Shown piece by piece: positions 47,085-60,363 of a DNA stretch of 64,000 nucleotides. The notes below the pieces were generated by a model that worked only from the letters and a program-made list of their open reading frames with translations, had not been told where the DNA came from and did not search any database. Positions within the stretch are counted from its first letter, which is position 1, and each line of letters starts with the position of its first letter. Where the stretch lies: the NCBI GenBank assembly GCA_036172245.1, contig JAYWIR010000008.1:3286001-3350000 (forward strand). Direction: 5' to 3'. The DNA comes from Raillietiella orientalis (Eukaryota). The position numbers and the translations under genes were made by a program.

Positions 47085-50000
47085 AATACTGCAAGAAGCA
47101 CTGCTTTGGTTCCAACATGGAATGCCACAACAACACGTGCTTCTGTCCTCGAGACATGTCCCCTGTGAAAGCATCGGAAACCTTCCTGTGCGGTACGTTT
47201 TTTTCCTCGTCGCCCGAAATTCCCGGAAAATTCTGCCGGACACACACCCCAGCTCGTACATTCATATGCAATCGGGCGGTTATGCTAAGTTGTGTTTAGT
47301 TCTTATTGGCTCAGGGTTGCCCTAGTGTCGCAAAAGGCATGTTGTTTGCTTCTTCTTTTTTTTTTTCCCCCCCCCCCTAAGTACAAGTCGAAATTTGTAT
47401 TTTTGCAAATAGTTTGCATGTGTGTTTATGACACACCTGTTGCTTCATGCATGATCTGGAATGTCGTCAAGTGAATTTGTGCGGCACATGCTCTAGTTAT
47501 AATGTCCGCAAATCATAAATCGCAAAATATCTATACTTAGATCAGGATATTGGTAAGCAAGGTCGGTATAGCCGTAAAATAAATTATTAATGCAGCATGC
47601 AATTTGTGATTGATGCCTGTAGAAATGTTATAAAGTCTCCAAAGAAAATACCAGCGATATGATTCCTAAGGATAATGAAGCACAGTGATTAGTTTCTCGC
47701 GATGTTTGTCAACATAGAGGAACAAAATTACTTGGACAGATTCGTGAGAATAGCCGAGGCCCCATTCGAAACAAAAAGCATATTCTGAAATAATCCTACT
47801 GTGGTATGCGGCGATTTCTGACCATCCGTTGTAATTAGGCAATCAAGGAACCCAATGATTGACCACCTTCCTACGCATCGGCTCAGGAAAACTGGTCCGC
47901 TGCTGTTTGTGAGCGTATCATCGTCTCTCAGTCTGGAAGCCATGCTACACTTTTAGCAGCCGCATGTGCTCTTGGGAAAACATGGGAAAGTGCATCCATG
48001 AGAGAGAGGCAGCGAATATGGACCAAATGTTTCCATTCCATCAACCTTGGCAACGAAAAAGCAAAGCAGGAATGATCGGCTCGAATGGACTCGATTCCGT
48101 CCCTTGACAAAGGCGGATGACAGCCGGAATTCCCTTGTTCTAATGTGTTTATTTCATCATGGTCAGCAGAACTTCCTCAGCAGGCATGTAAGTTTCTGGG
48201 AAGAATGCGGAAAAAGGTGAATTAAGAGCAAAATTGAATGGATCCAAACGTCGCACATTTAATGGATTTATACAGTAATATAGATGGACTTCCATCATCT
48301 GATGGAACGAATTGGAGTTTTCTCGAAAATAGCACGGGATCTGGCCATCAACCGAAGTGCTAATCTCGGATTCTGACCTTTCCAATGGATTGATTCTGTG
48401 CTGCCATCATGCATAATGATGCGAAGAACATTTCGAGTGCGATCCGAATGTTCAAGTGACCGACACGAATCCATGCGCACTTACTTAGGCTTTAAGACGG
48501 AATAACATGGCTAACCAGATGGGAACCAGCTTTGAGGATGAAAAGCTGGAAGGTCATCCTCAGCTTTTACTACTGAGAAGTTTTGTGATGCTCGGATGTC
48601 TTTTATCTTCTGATTTCTACAGGAGTCTCAATTAGAAATTCTCAACGAGGATGGTGAGAGTTGAGAGTTCCAGTAATCTTCAGAACTAGATCGACTTAAT
48701 TTTTGTAATGGATGCAGTGGGTGAAATATAACATCCGAGAGTGGGAACGCACAGTTGGTTTCTTCCGAATGATTTCTCGGATATGGTCGATGTTGATCAG
48801 GAAAAACGATCAAGAAAACGAATCAGAAACATCAAGGATGTCTTTCTCTTGATGACTTCTCAGAGTACGTTACCTTCTTTCCACGTACGTATTTCTATAC
48901 TTACCTATCCTCTTCGACTGCAATCTTCGGCTCCAATGGATCCCTGCTGCAATACCGAGCAGGTTGTACTGTCTCCGACCAGGTTTCCGAAAAACATCTG
49001 GAAGCTTGAAAAAGAAAAATGCGTTCATGAGACAAAATTTGTCTGTTTCAAGATAGTGCAGATAACCTGGAACTCCAAGAAGAACTGGGCGCTTTCCCTC
49101 CGCCAGACGTCTCCAGTGGAAACATCCGGAAACCACAAATCCGCAAAGAATGCTCTTGCTCCACGCTCAGCAAAAAGGTGGCGGATGCTGAACTATGTCC
49201 ACGTCTGGGAGATCGGAGGTTGCATTTTCTTGAGACGCCCGCGAAAATTCTCGTTCACTCTGGCGCGCCATTCACGCCACTCGCTCAAAGAGAGGGCAGA
49301 TTTTATCCTCTGCCCTCCCCTCGAAGTTGCATGCGGTCGTTGAATCAAAAACCAACGGTTTTCTAATTACAATGTCTAAACCAACTGTGTACTTCTTGTT
49401 ATAAAGTAACATTTAATTGGAATTTATTCTATCAGCTGGGTTCCTGATGCAACGATTTCACAAGTGCTCAGGATACAGTTGCCTCTGCTTTCCTCTGAAT
49501 ACGATTTTTTCATTTATTCCGAAGGATGTGTCAGCAGCAACCGTTACTGTTTTGTTCGCATAACACAAACACTTATTTTGAATGTGAAAAAGCGTGGAAA
49601 CGATAAATTTGTTTGAATAAATCATTGAGCACTCGTGGAAATTCGTGAAACCATGAAAGCTGAATGCACGAAAAATTATGAACCAGGCATTTTAAACTTT
49701 CAAAGGGCAAAAACGAATCCATTTCGGCTTTTCGGAAAGTATGTTGCTGACGGTACGCATTTTCCACTTGGAACGTGGGAAAGTTCAAACAGGAAGTTTC
49801 AGCTGTAAAGTGGGAACCCGCGAAGGAAAATGTAGAGCTCGTCACGAAACGTCCTCAAACAGTTCCCAGTGGCTGGTTCTTAGAGTGGGAAGTTCTGGAA
49901 AAAACGGAAATTCTGTTTAGGCAAAAGACGCGAGGAATTCTGTACTTACTCGACAGAATGTTGAAACTCCCAACTGCGTTGAAAATAAAGGAAAACAAAG

Positions 50001-53000
50001 AATGCTCGTGCGAACAGTTTAGGGACCGACTTCTAAAAACCTGCAGTAGAAAAGGACTTGACCAAGGAAAAGTGTAGCACAATGCCATATCTCCATGTCG
50101 TGCTAATGAAAAGAGACAGATTGCAACGAAAGTTCACGCCAAACTGACTAACTTCTGTTCATGCATAAGGACATTTAGAAATGAGGACAATAAATAAATG
50201 GAAGAACTGAATCGATCCCTGGATTCCAGTCGAAACTTTAAAGGGTCGAAAAAAGAAACGCACCAGAACAAGGAAAATTATGATCCAAAAATCTTGGAGG
50301 GTTTCCCTTGTCACCCTGAGAAACATACGTATACATTTGTGACCTATACGTATCCTTCGATACGTATAGGTCACAAATACGACTCTGGATTGTACAGTCT
50401 CCGAACAATCAATAGGCGAGCAAAGTATTTCTGAAATATCGAAAATGGGGAGGAATTCTACGGCACTGATGTGTTTTTGAAGGCAGGAGTTCACTTTTGA
50501 TTTCGGAACCGATGGGTTCCCCCGTACTGCAAATCCCGAGGAAGACGTACTTTTGGGAAGAATAAGTCAGCAACCTTGTCCTCTAAACACACTTCCACAG
50601 AAGACTTAATTGTTTATTCGTTCTACCCTTTAGTCGCCACTTATTCTCTTCAATGTGCACTTTTTTGAAGAAAACGAAAAGCTGATGCACGATTTTTTTT
50701 TTTTTTATTTTGAGGCTTTTTTCTTCTAACGACACTACTGCCTACTCATAGATCGTAACTCATGTACACAGATCCCGCGCAAGATCTTTCAGAGCAGGAA
50801 AAAAAAAAAAAATTCTGTTTATGTTTCCTATTCATTGCTCTACATTTTGCTTTCACGTGGGAGTACACTGTACGCGAACTCTCGAGATTTCGTTTGTGCG
50901 TTTCGTGTCGTCGAACATGAAGATACTGTTAAATCGACAGGAAGACGTTCAGCCAACACAGGAAGGCCTTTTTTTTTGAATAATTCAGTTGAAAACGCAA
51001 GAAATGCTCAGCGTGAATTCTGCATGGGAGAAGTCGATTTTTAAGACTCGCTGGTTGCTGGCTTCTGCATATGTGAGAAGGGAAGTGTGCCAACCCCTTC
51101 GAAAGTCCATCACAGCCCAGAAATGCCCAAAAGATCGTGTTGGGGGTTTCCCATACCATGAGAAACATATGTATCTGCCTTCCAGGAACTGTCGTTCTAA
51201 AATCAGAAGCGAGGGTGTTTCCTCACGAAAGCATTCCTCTAAAGACGAAAGAAAGGTGGGGTGGAAGGGGCGGTTTCTCAGTCCAAGCAGCCGTGAGCTG
51301 TTTTGCTTCAAATTTAGACACAGCAAAACAAACGTTTGAACAACTTTCACCAATTGGCTTTCGTCCCCTGCGGCACGTTCGTCTCGTCGCACTTCACCGG
51401 ATGAGTCAAAGGCGGGTAATGCGTGGTCTTGTTAGAAGAAAACCGTCCCCAGTCGGATTCCTGGAGTTTCCTCAGGATAGAGTAGTGGGTCCCGCGGACA
51501 CGCTCCCACATTCACGAATGCCGACCCCCGTTTTCAAAAAGTCCCATCAGGATGATGCTTGCGGTCGCCGATACCTTTCCTTGGTCTTACGAGGATGGCC
51601 CGGTCGAAGAAAGCAGCGGCTTCCCTCACCGTGGGACACGCTTCCCTGTCCTTCCATCAGTTCCCTCAACACTTTCCACTCCGTAACCCTCCGGGGGCAG
51701 GTCGCCTGTCTCACCATGCCGGCACGGGTGAAAGTCGGTAAAGTATAAAAAACGTGGGGCACGTCTTCCGCGTCCTCCCTCTGCACAAAACTCATCGCTG
51801 TGGATGGGGCGATTCGAATCGAAAACCTGGCAGGAGTGAAGGAAGGCCTCCCGAGTTTGCTTGGACCCCAGGACGTGTCCCCAAGCATTAGGTGAAAAAT
51901 GCTATTTCCGTGCAACGTGCACGCGCTGGCCTAAGGGCGTCTTCGCTTTGCGTGTTTGATCAGGGTATGCATTCGTACAACACGCTGCGTGTACATAGTT
52001 CCGCAAACAGACAGCACGAACAACGGGAAGTAGTTCGTGATCCTCGAGCAGGCTTGCCGAGCAAGTCCTGGAAGGAATCCAAGGCGGGAACCGAGGGGTT
52101 TTCGAGCCGGATCCTTTCCGCTGCATTCCAGCTGAGCGATGATGACCGCCGACCACGCGGATTCTTCGCGGGGCGGCGCATGCGGTTTGCGATCGAACGG
52201 AAGAGAGCCTGAAGGCTTCCGTGATATGCAGCTCCGTTCCATGTTTCCATAGGGAGGCCAGAGCGTAGTTTCCGCAAAGGGATGAAAGGGTTTTTCGCAA
52301 AGACTTCCACAAAGGGTCACCGAGATTGTAGGGAAATCCCCTCTGCGACTAACATGATTCCCGCCTGCTTATGACCAAGATTCGGAGGAGGTGATCACTT
52401 GAACTCCCAAAGCGGAGGCTCCCGCCAGACGAACTCCGCTCCTGCCTAAGGGCTCGTCTTTTCTTCCCGCTCCGTTTGCATGTCAAGACTAACTGGGAAG
52501 TGCGGAAGACGAAGACCCGATCGTCTCGGCATGCCGACACGATCGGCTACCCTTTTTCTAAGAGTCGAGCGAAATCGCAGCCAGCAGCAGGAAACAGCAA
52601 AGGAAATGTCGGCCAAGGCTGCTTGGAACTCGCTGCCCACCCTTGCCTAGGAACGCCAGGTGGTACCTGCAGAAGCGAGGGCACTGATGTTTAAGCGCCA
52701 GTGAGTCTTTCCATCCTACCAGGCCGAGAGTGTGGAGAGGACCGCGAGAGTTCAGATCGATGACTGCTGTGAGGCTGACCGGCAGAAGAGATCACATCAA
52801 GAACGCCGAGTCCAAGAGTAGGAGTATCAAATAGACGCAGCGGCTGGCAAAAACGTGCAGTTGCCTTCCCTTGTTCCCGGACTCCCTTGCGACGGAGCAG
52901 GGAACCCACGGCAGTTTGAAAGCGAGCGATGGTCTTGCCTCGCCGGCTGCGTGTTGCTGGGAGGAAACCCCGAGCTGCAGCTACGGCAAAACAGCGAGTC

Positions 53001-56000
53001 GGTCAGCAGGAGAATGGGGGGCAGTCTCTTCCTGAAGAATTGCGGGAACAGTGCGCGAAAAAAAAAAAAGGGGTGGGTGGGTGGGAGGGAATTACCGATC
53101 AGAAGAGGTTTGGCACGATTCAAAGCCGCCATCTTTCACGCTGCAGCTTCGGGATGGGACTCCGTCGAGATGGGACTGTGGATAAACCCTTCTTCACGAG
53201 GCATTCCTCCCTTCCACTTGAGGCACGCGCGAATGTTCACAGGCAAATGCCGGTCCCACGTGTACGTGATCTGGAAAGTTTCCGGATCTCCGTGCTGGGA
53301 AAAGATTCAAGGGACCAGGACGGGAAACCAGACTCGTAGGGAGGGAGACCAGTGTCAGCGTGAGGATCGCGGCACAGAAGCTGCAATGGGGTAACACAAA
53401 GAACCTTTTCGAGACAGGGTGGCCTCAGCGATGTAGATTCAGGTTGAGGAGGGGTGGGGTGGGGGTGGAAGGGGGGCTACAGCTCTTCCTGTTGCCGCAA
53501 TCCTTTCCTGCCCGTGAACGGGCCGCACTACGGAGGGGCTGAGAAGTGCGGGCGCCTCGTTGCCAGGTCTCCTCTCATTGTTGCGCCGTGTGGGCGCGCG
53601 TGCGCACTTGTGGCGGTCCGGCACGCCGGCGGGAAGAAAAAAAGTTCGGAACGAGCAAAGTCTCAGGAACACTTGGGGGACTCCATTTTGTGTGTGTGTG
53701 CAGTGTATGTGTGTTTAATGCGTACGGTGTGTCGGAACGCGAAGAAGGATGGCCGGGGCATGGTGGCGGGACGGAGCACGGGGCATGTCCGGTTCTTCAA
53801 GGAGGAATGGCTTGGTGACAGGCGCATGCAGGAATGCAAGCCTGGCCTCCATGAACCATCAATTCCCAGACAATGGCGATGAAAGAACACGGGGCGGACC
53901 ACGCGGACGTCCCGTGCACGCCTCTGTGGTCCCCGTGGTGCTCCCCTTCCGCTCCACTGCACGCACGCGCTGATCTTCGGCTGCGGTCCTGCAAGGATCT
54001 CCAGCCGGCTTCGCACCGCGGTCGCACGTTCCCAGCTGATCCGTGTCGTTCCTAGCGGGCTCCACAGGTCACGTCTGCCGGATCCACCCAGAGACCAAGG
54101 AATACACGTGCATGTCCCCCCGGCTTGCGTTCGACGACGACGTGGACTCCTACTTTCTGAGCAGCGACGCCGTTTTCCCCGGGCTGTACGTGACCTTGCG
54201 TACGGTCGCGGTGGTCGGCTCCGTGGAAGTGGTGCTCCCCCGGACAGGTATGCCGAGAGCCGACCCTCGTCTCGGATGGGGAGGGGGGAGGCGCGTTCGC
54301 AAACTCCACTTTTGCAGACGACTGCCGCCACTTTGCCCACGTGAGGATCACCGTTGGATTCCTCAGAGACTACCGGAGGAACCCTCTTTGCGCCACCGTG
54401 CCCGGCCTCTGGACTGAGGAGTGCCGGGGCGCCACCGTCCAGCTGACCTGCACCCAGCAGCTCAGAGGGAAGACGCTGGCCGTCTACTCCGCTTGGAGCA
54501 AGGGGTGCAGTAGCGCGGAGAGCCACTGTCAGACCCTGAGGCTGGCCGTGTCCGAGCTGCGCTTTAGCAGAGGCAAGTCTTCAGCAAGGTCCCTTCCCCT
54601 TGCCCCGCCCTCCTCTCTGGCGGGAGCACTCCAGGAGACGAAGAGGAGAAAGAAGGATCTTTTCCGATCAGGGACGGTGGACGAAGCCCTGCTCTCCGGA
54701 AGCCCCTGCAAGGATCCCCGCGTGGACTTCCCGATCTACGTTTCCTATCTCTCGGACACGTTGCTCGCGTCCCTGCAGGTCGACACCTCCGCCAGGCTCC
54801 TCGTCACCAGCACGCCGGTCTACAACATGTCGATGCTCAGCAGGGAAAAGCTGATGATCTCCTGTGACGTGTCCAGGAAACGGGTCAGCTGCACGAGAGC
54901 GAAGTCCACGTCCTCCACGCTCGTGAGGTCGCATTGCGGCTCCAGGAGTGCAGCCTCCGTGCTGTTCCGCTTCCGGCACCGCGCGAAGCGCCTCGTGCTC
55001 TCCGTGGAGGAACCTTCAGGGAGGCTGCTGTGCTCCAAGGAGCTGAGGAGAGATAAATTCCCCGTCCCCATCTACATCGCAGCCTGTGCAAGGGACCCAG
55101 GAGTCAAGCTGCGCATCCTGGAGCCGGCCGGTGAGTCCCCCGCGCCCGGATGGCCCTCGCCGCTCGGACCCGCGGAAGCCCCTTCCCTAGAACAGCTCGT
55201 TGGGGGTCTCCAGTCTCCCCTTCCTGCCGTGGCCCAGACGGGACGATGGTAGGGAAGGTACCTTCGGTCGCCCTGTAGCCATAGGGGTCCCGGGGGCGGG
55301 CGGCCTGTTGGCGCCTCTCCGCCAAGCCCTGCTTCGGTCTCACGGGTCGTCTCCTCCGCCCCAGAGTGGGAAGAGGAGACTCGCAGCGCCTCCCGAGCGC
55401 AGGGTCGGTAGAAACTCGTGCTGCCGCCGACTGTGGAGGGTCTACCCTTAGGGAAGTCTTGGCTACCGGCGCGAGTTCGGTCAGCTGGCGTGGCCGCAAT
55501 GCAACCAGAGGGTTGCTCCTGAGGTGGCAGCGGCGGTTGCGAGCTCTCTCACTTCCGGTAGCGCCTTCCGGACCAACCGGAGAGGCGGTCCAGAAGCTAG
55601 GGTCGCGCGTAGGAGAGACGGTCCCTCCGTACGCGCGACCCCTAGCCGTGGGGGGAAGGGTAGGGAAACGTCCGCCCCCCTTTCCCTCTCTTCGATGGCG
55701 GTGGCCCGCGAGAACCCTCTCTATCTGCTGCAGGGCGTGCGTCCCATCTCCATCGCTAGCGAGGCTGGCCGGTAGCCTCTCTCCAGGCATGCGAGGAGAA
55801 TGCGCTTCCGGAGCGAGCTTCCGCGCCACCCGCTTGGAGGATGGGACGAGAGGGTGAGACGCTGCTCCGCGAGATTTTCTAGCTCTTGCTCCCCCATAAA
55901 GCCTCGGGGACCGAAGGTCTTCCAGTCCGTTCCAGCTTGTGGATATTGGATCATCCCTCGTCTCGGGTATCCTTGGAGAATGCAGTTCTCCATCAACCGC

Positions 56001-56400
56001 TTCCTGGAGGTGTCTGTGCAAGGGGCAGTGTACGTGGGCGAGAGGGCGCACATGATGTTGTACGAGAATCACAACCATCCCTCGGACCCGAAGCGTATCA
56101 TCCTGCATAAGGACGGGACGGTGGAGTTCCGGACTGCAACCCAGAGTCTCAAGCCCCAGAAAATAATCCGGAAGGTGTACAGAAAGCTCTCAACTTCGAA
56201 GGAAGCGGCTGCGTTGATGAGCCACGGGGAGCTGCTGTCTCTGATGCGCTTTCGCCTGATCCTGAAGGAGAACTCCGTCATCCTTTTGCTGCTGACGAGC
56301 TTCGCGGAGACGGAGATGCGCTTCGCATACGAGAAGCTGTCGCTCCGGAGGCTCGGCATCGGTGGGACGGAGAGTCTGTGGTTCATCGCAGAGGAAGACT
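47085..56400 (+). CDS. Partial extracellular mosaic protein: Cys-rich EB/EGF-like module + F-type lectin (fucolectin/F5-8C) domain + two unassigned modules. Exons 47085-47192 (link inferred), 54056-54247, 54318-54572, 54672-55130, 55936-56400; start and end not found
   Basis: All five exons are symmetric phase 1-1 with lengths divisible by 3. EYCKKHCFGSNMECHNNTCFCP; LAFDDDVDSYFLS...PGLYVTLRTVAVVGSVEVVLPRTDDCRHFAHVRITVG...NPLCA...LTC...LRGKTLAV...LAVSELRF fits the F-type lectin pattern. Coding-like GC3 bias in 54056-56400. Confidence 0.7.
48250..52200 (-). mobile_element. Heavily decayed, possibly near full-length L1/Tx1-like element (ORF1 zinc knuckle, APE endonuclease, post-RT remnants in the right order)
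   Basis: Minus strand: VPHVFYTL...QATC.RR...GSRCFLRPGHPRK (~51590-51770); FWAFLGCDGLSKGLAHF and QRVLKIDFSHAEFTLSISCVF (~50990-51135); IHWKGQNPRLALRLMARSR (~48330-48390). Boundaries are approximate. Confidence 0.5.
53552..53726. repeat. Direct repeat, copy 1 (copy 2 at 56706-56886)
   Basis: GCGCCTCGTTGCCAGGTCT.CTCTCATTG...GTCCGGCACGCCG...AACGAGCAAAG.CTCAGGAACACTTGGGG...ATTTTGTGTGTG...GTGTATGTGTGTTTAATG.GTACG is present in both copies. Confidence 0.9.
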
Positions 56401-56705
56401 GTGAGTCCTTAGCTTGGTCTGTTGAGAAAGGGGTAGGGGGGAGGGAACAGTCCGGAAAAGTCTCCGCGCCGGAGAGTGTCGGTCTGGGTGTGGGTGGGGA
56501 CTAACCACGCCAACGGTTGGGCATCGCGACAGGCTGCGAAGGCCACCGTGGCTCCTCAGGACGCTCGGGAAACTTTCTGGTTTTCTGCTCTCCCCTCTAA
56601 AAGCGAAGACGAACGAACGGCCGGCCGGCCGGAGGCACCCAGGCTGAGCTTGCGTGCGATAAACCGGGAGACCCACGAGCGCGCTCGGGCTCGTGCGTTT
56701 GCGCT

Positions 56706-56886
56706 GCGCCTCGTTGCCAGGTCTTCTCTCATTGCTGCGCCAAGCGTGCGTGCGTGCGCGCGCGCTCCTGTGGCCGTCCGGCACGCCGTCCGGCGGAAAA
56801 AAAGTCCGAAACGAGCAAAGCCTCAGGAACACTTGGGGAAATCAATTTTGTGTGTGCTTGCGGTGTATGTGTGTTTAATGTGTACG
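56706..56886. repeat. Direct repeat, copy 2 (copy 1 at 53552-53726)
   Basis: Direct sequence similarity to 53552-53726. Confidence 0.9.
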
Positions 56887-59729
56887 ATGAGTGTATGTGT
56901 GTGCCGTGTAGGCGCGCCGGCGGTTTGGTGGCGGCTGCACTCGCGCGGGACACCCAAAGTCGAAGCGCTCGAAGATTAAGTCGAGAACCTAATCGGCTTT
57001 CGTCGGAATCCTCTTTACTATAAAAACACGATCGGTTCGGGGCTAGCGACCTTTCACGAAAACAAAACGCTCTTTGAATGCAGGAAAATCTCACTGAGAG
57101 CGGCCGCGCCTCGCTCTTCCACGTACGCAGCGCAGCAAAAAAACGAGGGGTCCTAGCAGACATTCCTCTGGTGTTGTTTCCAGATTTCCCGTGTCCTGTC
57201 GGTTGGCTGTTTCACCAGAAGCGTTTGTTGTGCGTTAGAGCGTTCGACAGTAGTTTGAGCTGGCACTTTGCTCAAATGTACTGCCGCCGTGCTGCCAAAG
57301 AGGACCATCTTGACGGGAGATTGGCCGAAGTGCTGACAGGAAACTACGAAAAGAATCTCCAAGGCATAATCACAGGTCTTAGATGAGAATTTTCCGTCAG
57401 GGGAGATTTCCCGCAAGAACTTTTTCGATCTTTCTGCCTGCAATCGGTTAATGCGATCGACGTTCGAGATGCATGCCGCCCTTCGTCTTGAACAATTACG
57501 TCATCGGCTTCTAACGTTACCGGTCTTTGTATGCCGTGAAGTTCGAAAACGGAAGACCTCGAAGCACACGATTTGCTTTGACGTCATGCTCACGATCTTG
57601 AGCCGGGGAGTAAGGGAGTGCAGGTCCAGAGAATCTGAAACAAATCGATGCAGAGTCAGGCTGCGATAAATCTCTTATGGCGCACCTGTGGTACCCGGAA
57701 AGCGTTTCGTTAATGAGCAGGGAACCGGAAGATGTTTAGAATGACAAGATTCGTGCTCCAGGCTTCGAGCTACTTTGGCTCTGTAGCTCTGGGTGGAGGG
57801 AGCTTTTCCCAATTTCTTTTTTCTCGTTCGGCACAAAGTGCGTCCATCACAATCGACAGTAGGAAGGTTCGTGTGCCTTGTGGTGCAATTCGCTCTACGT
57901 CCTTCCTGCACGCCCAGATTTCGCTACTTTTTTTTTGCTTGTGGCAGTTTTCAGCAGGAGCACTGCGACCTGTAGCAAAAGGGGCGCGATCCTAGGTTTG
58001 ATCTTGCTCTCGCCGATGACACGGCTTTGCATCAGCCCACCCTGGGTATCGTACTTGGAAAGAGAGAGAAAAACGCGAAGCTGCGAACGGAAACGAGGAA
58101 GCAAACCCGGTCTTTCGCAAAGAGCATTACCAGCTGATCATCATTCTCTGCACCTGTGCTGCTAGCGAAGTCACTCTCAGTCCAGTAGCGGTATGCGATT
58201 CCTGAAATGCGTGATAGCACTCAGACAGCAATGACCTCTGATGGAATGAAAACGATAGCCCCCGAAATGGAATTCCCTATTCTCGTGCCTACTGTTGGCG
58301 TAAAGTCCGCCAACCTGTGTCTCCGAAGCACTCTGACCTTATCTGCGACCGAGAAGTCAGAGCGTCCGCTTGAACCTTCGTCGCGCGTTCATCCATGCTC
58401 GTTCCACCTTGAGAGGCGTCTTTTTCCAGTGGAAAGGCGGAGCGCGGGAGAAGGGAAGGAGGGGACTTGCTCCTGAGGGAAAGATGACTTCTCGTTTCGA
58501 GCATCCGCTCCATGAAGATTCAGCTGGGATTTATCAGCGCTGTTGCTATGGCTCACCTGGATATCGTGCACCAGTGATGCGGTGCTTCCTTCAAGTTGTC
58601 GTCCTTTCCTGACGAGAGGAGTCGTCACGTTCGTCGTGCTGCATCGTGGAAGTTGGAGCGATGACTTTTGGTCTGTTTACGTGAGGAGCACCAGCCGAAG
58701 AACTCGTCCAGGGTCCCCGGGGTCCCAAACCGAACCCTCCCTCCGACTCTTTTTTTCCTTCGGGCCTGAGGTTTCCGCAGCCATCATCATTGCAAACGGA
58801 CACAGCTGGGGGCTTACGAAGATGGAGATCCGAGAGATGCGAAAGTGAAAAATTTCCATTCCTTCCGACAAAATCGTTTCGTAGAAACTTCCCGAGTGCG
58901 GGTTGTTTTATCGCCGTTGTTTGAGTGGGTCCACATGTTCGCAGTGTGTCGGCAGGTCATCCTTTCCTTTCCAAGTGTGTCGACGAGGGTTATCTGCTTC
59001 TTCTCTCCAACCTGGTACTGGCGAGCACTTCCCCCTACCCCCCTCCTCCCTTCCTTCACGAGAGTGCATGCGTGTCTCCCTTCTGGTGCAGTGTTGCTTG
59101 GTGCTTGAGCGTGCAATGTGCGTGTTGCGGCAGCTGCAAAAAAAAAAAAAAGCCATCGACAGCGTAAAGTGACCGTCCCGCTCCTTTTTCGCCTCAGGCG
59201 CGCTGTTTCGCCCAAACTTCCACGTTGCTTACTAGTCGCGTCCTTCCAACGAGAGCGCCTTCGCTGCCGGCAAGTCTCCGGGTGTTTCTGCGAGACCGAA
59301 GGAAAGGGCTTCCTTCGGGTTCCCAGGTCGCCAGCCGAGCGAGCCGCGCTCGGCGGCTGCTTCCGGGAACCTTCGCGTCGCAGACGGATCGCCAGGTAGC
59401 GGTTCCGCCTTCCGAGCAGATCTCCTCCGCAACTGCCCGCTTCATCGTCAGGAAACTCTTGGCGCCTCTTTATCAGGAAATCCCTTAGTTTGGGCTTCTG
59501 ATGTTCGAGGCGCGCGGAGTCACCTTTGAGTGTCCAACTGGCTGTTGACCTTCCGCAGGGAATTCTTTTTGGTGTATGCCGCCGTAATGCGTAGACCCTT
59601 TCGCGTGGTGACCTGTGATGCCTCCCCTCCTTCCGACTAGCGTGGAAACTTTCAGGCTTTCTGGCTCCTGGCTCGTCTGGAAAGCAAGTTTGATTTCCCG
59701 CTACCCCTCTCTCCTCATCGCCAAAACCC

Positions 59730-60260
59730 CTTATCTTGGGGGATACCCCCCTTCGCGTACCGTGGATCTGGCTGGTAACTCCCGCTGAATGTCGCTTCTC
59801 CAGAGTGTAAGGAGTGCTCTACGCCCTCGGGGGGCTCCCTTCAGAGAAATTGGAAAGCGTCCCTTCGGGGTACTCTTGCGGGTGCCCTCTGAAAAAGAAA
59901 TCCAGGAGCGGATTCTCTCCGGGTTTCCCTTCGCAGAAGAAACGGAGAGCAGTCCCCCTTGGGGGCCCCTCAGGAGAGAATGAGGAAAAGGTGGTTCCCT
60001 TCGGGGTTCCCTTTGGAGACAATGAGGGCGTGGTTCTCCTTGGATTTCCCCTCCCAAGCGTAAGAGGTACGGACTCCTTCCTCCGGAACCCTTCCCAGAT
60101 TTATAGGGTGATCCCCCCTCACGGGGTTCCCGTTCTAGCTTGAAGAGTAATGCGCACTCTCGTGTGGCGTGGACAGCGTTGAAGAACTTCGCGAGAGATC
60201 CCCCCCCTCCAACCACCCTGAAAAAAAAGGGTGGGAGGAAAGCAGAAGAACCCAAAAGAA
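59730..60260 (-). repeat. Dispersed repeat family, copy 2 (see 46430-46920)
   Basis: Same core and subrepeats as copy 1. Confidence 0.75.
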
Positions 60261-60363
60261 TTTCCATCATTCACTTTCATGATGGCAGGACCAAAAAGCT
60301 GACCACTCTTCCTACTATGAGTCTCCTTCATCCCGTCTGGGAAGAGCTTCCCTCCTCTTTGGG

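Noticed and set aside
58590..58850. Downstream exons of the lectin gene
   Set aside because: Splice-like sites are present, but there is no convincing phase-consistent, protein-like continuation.
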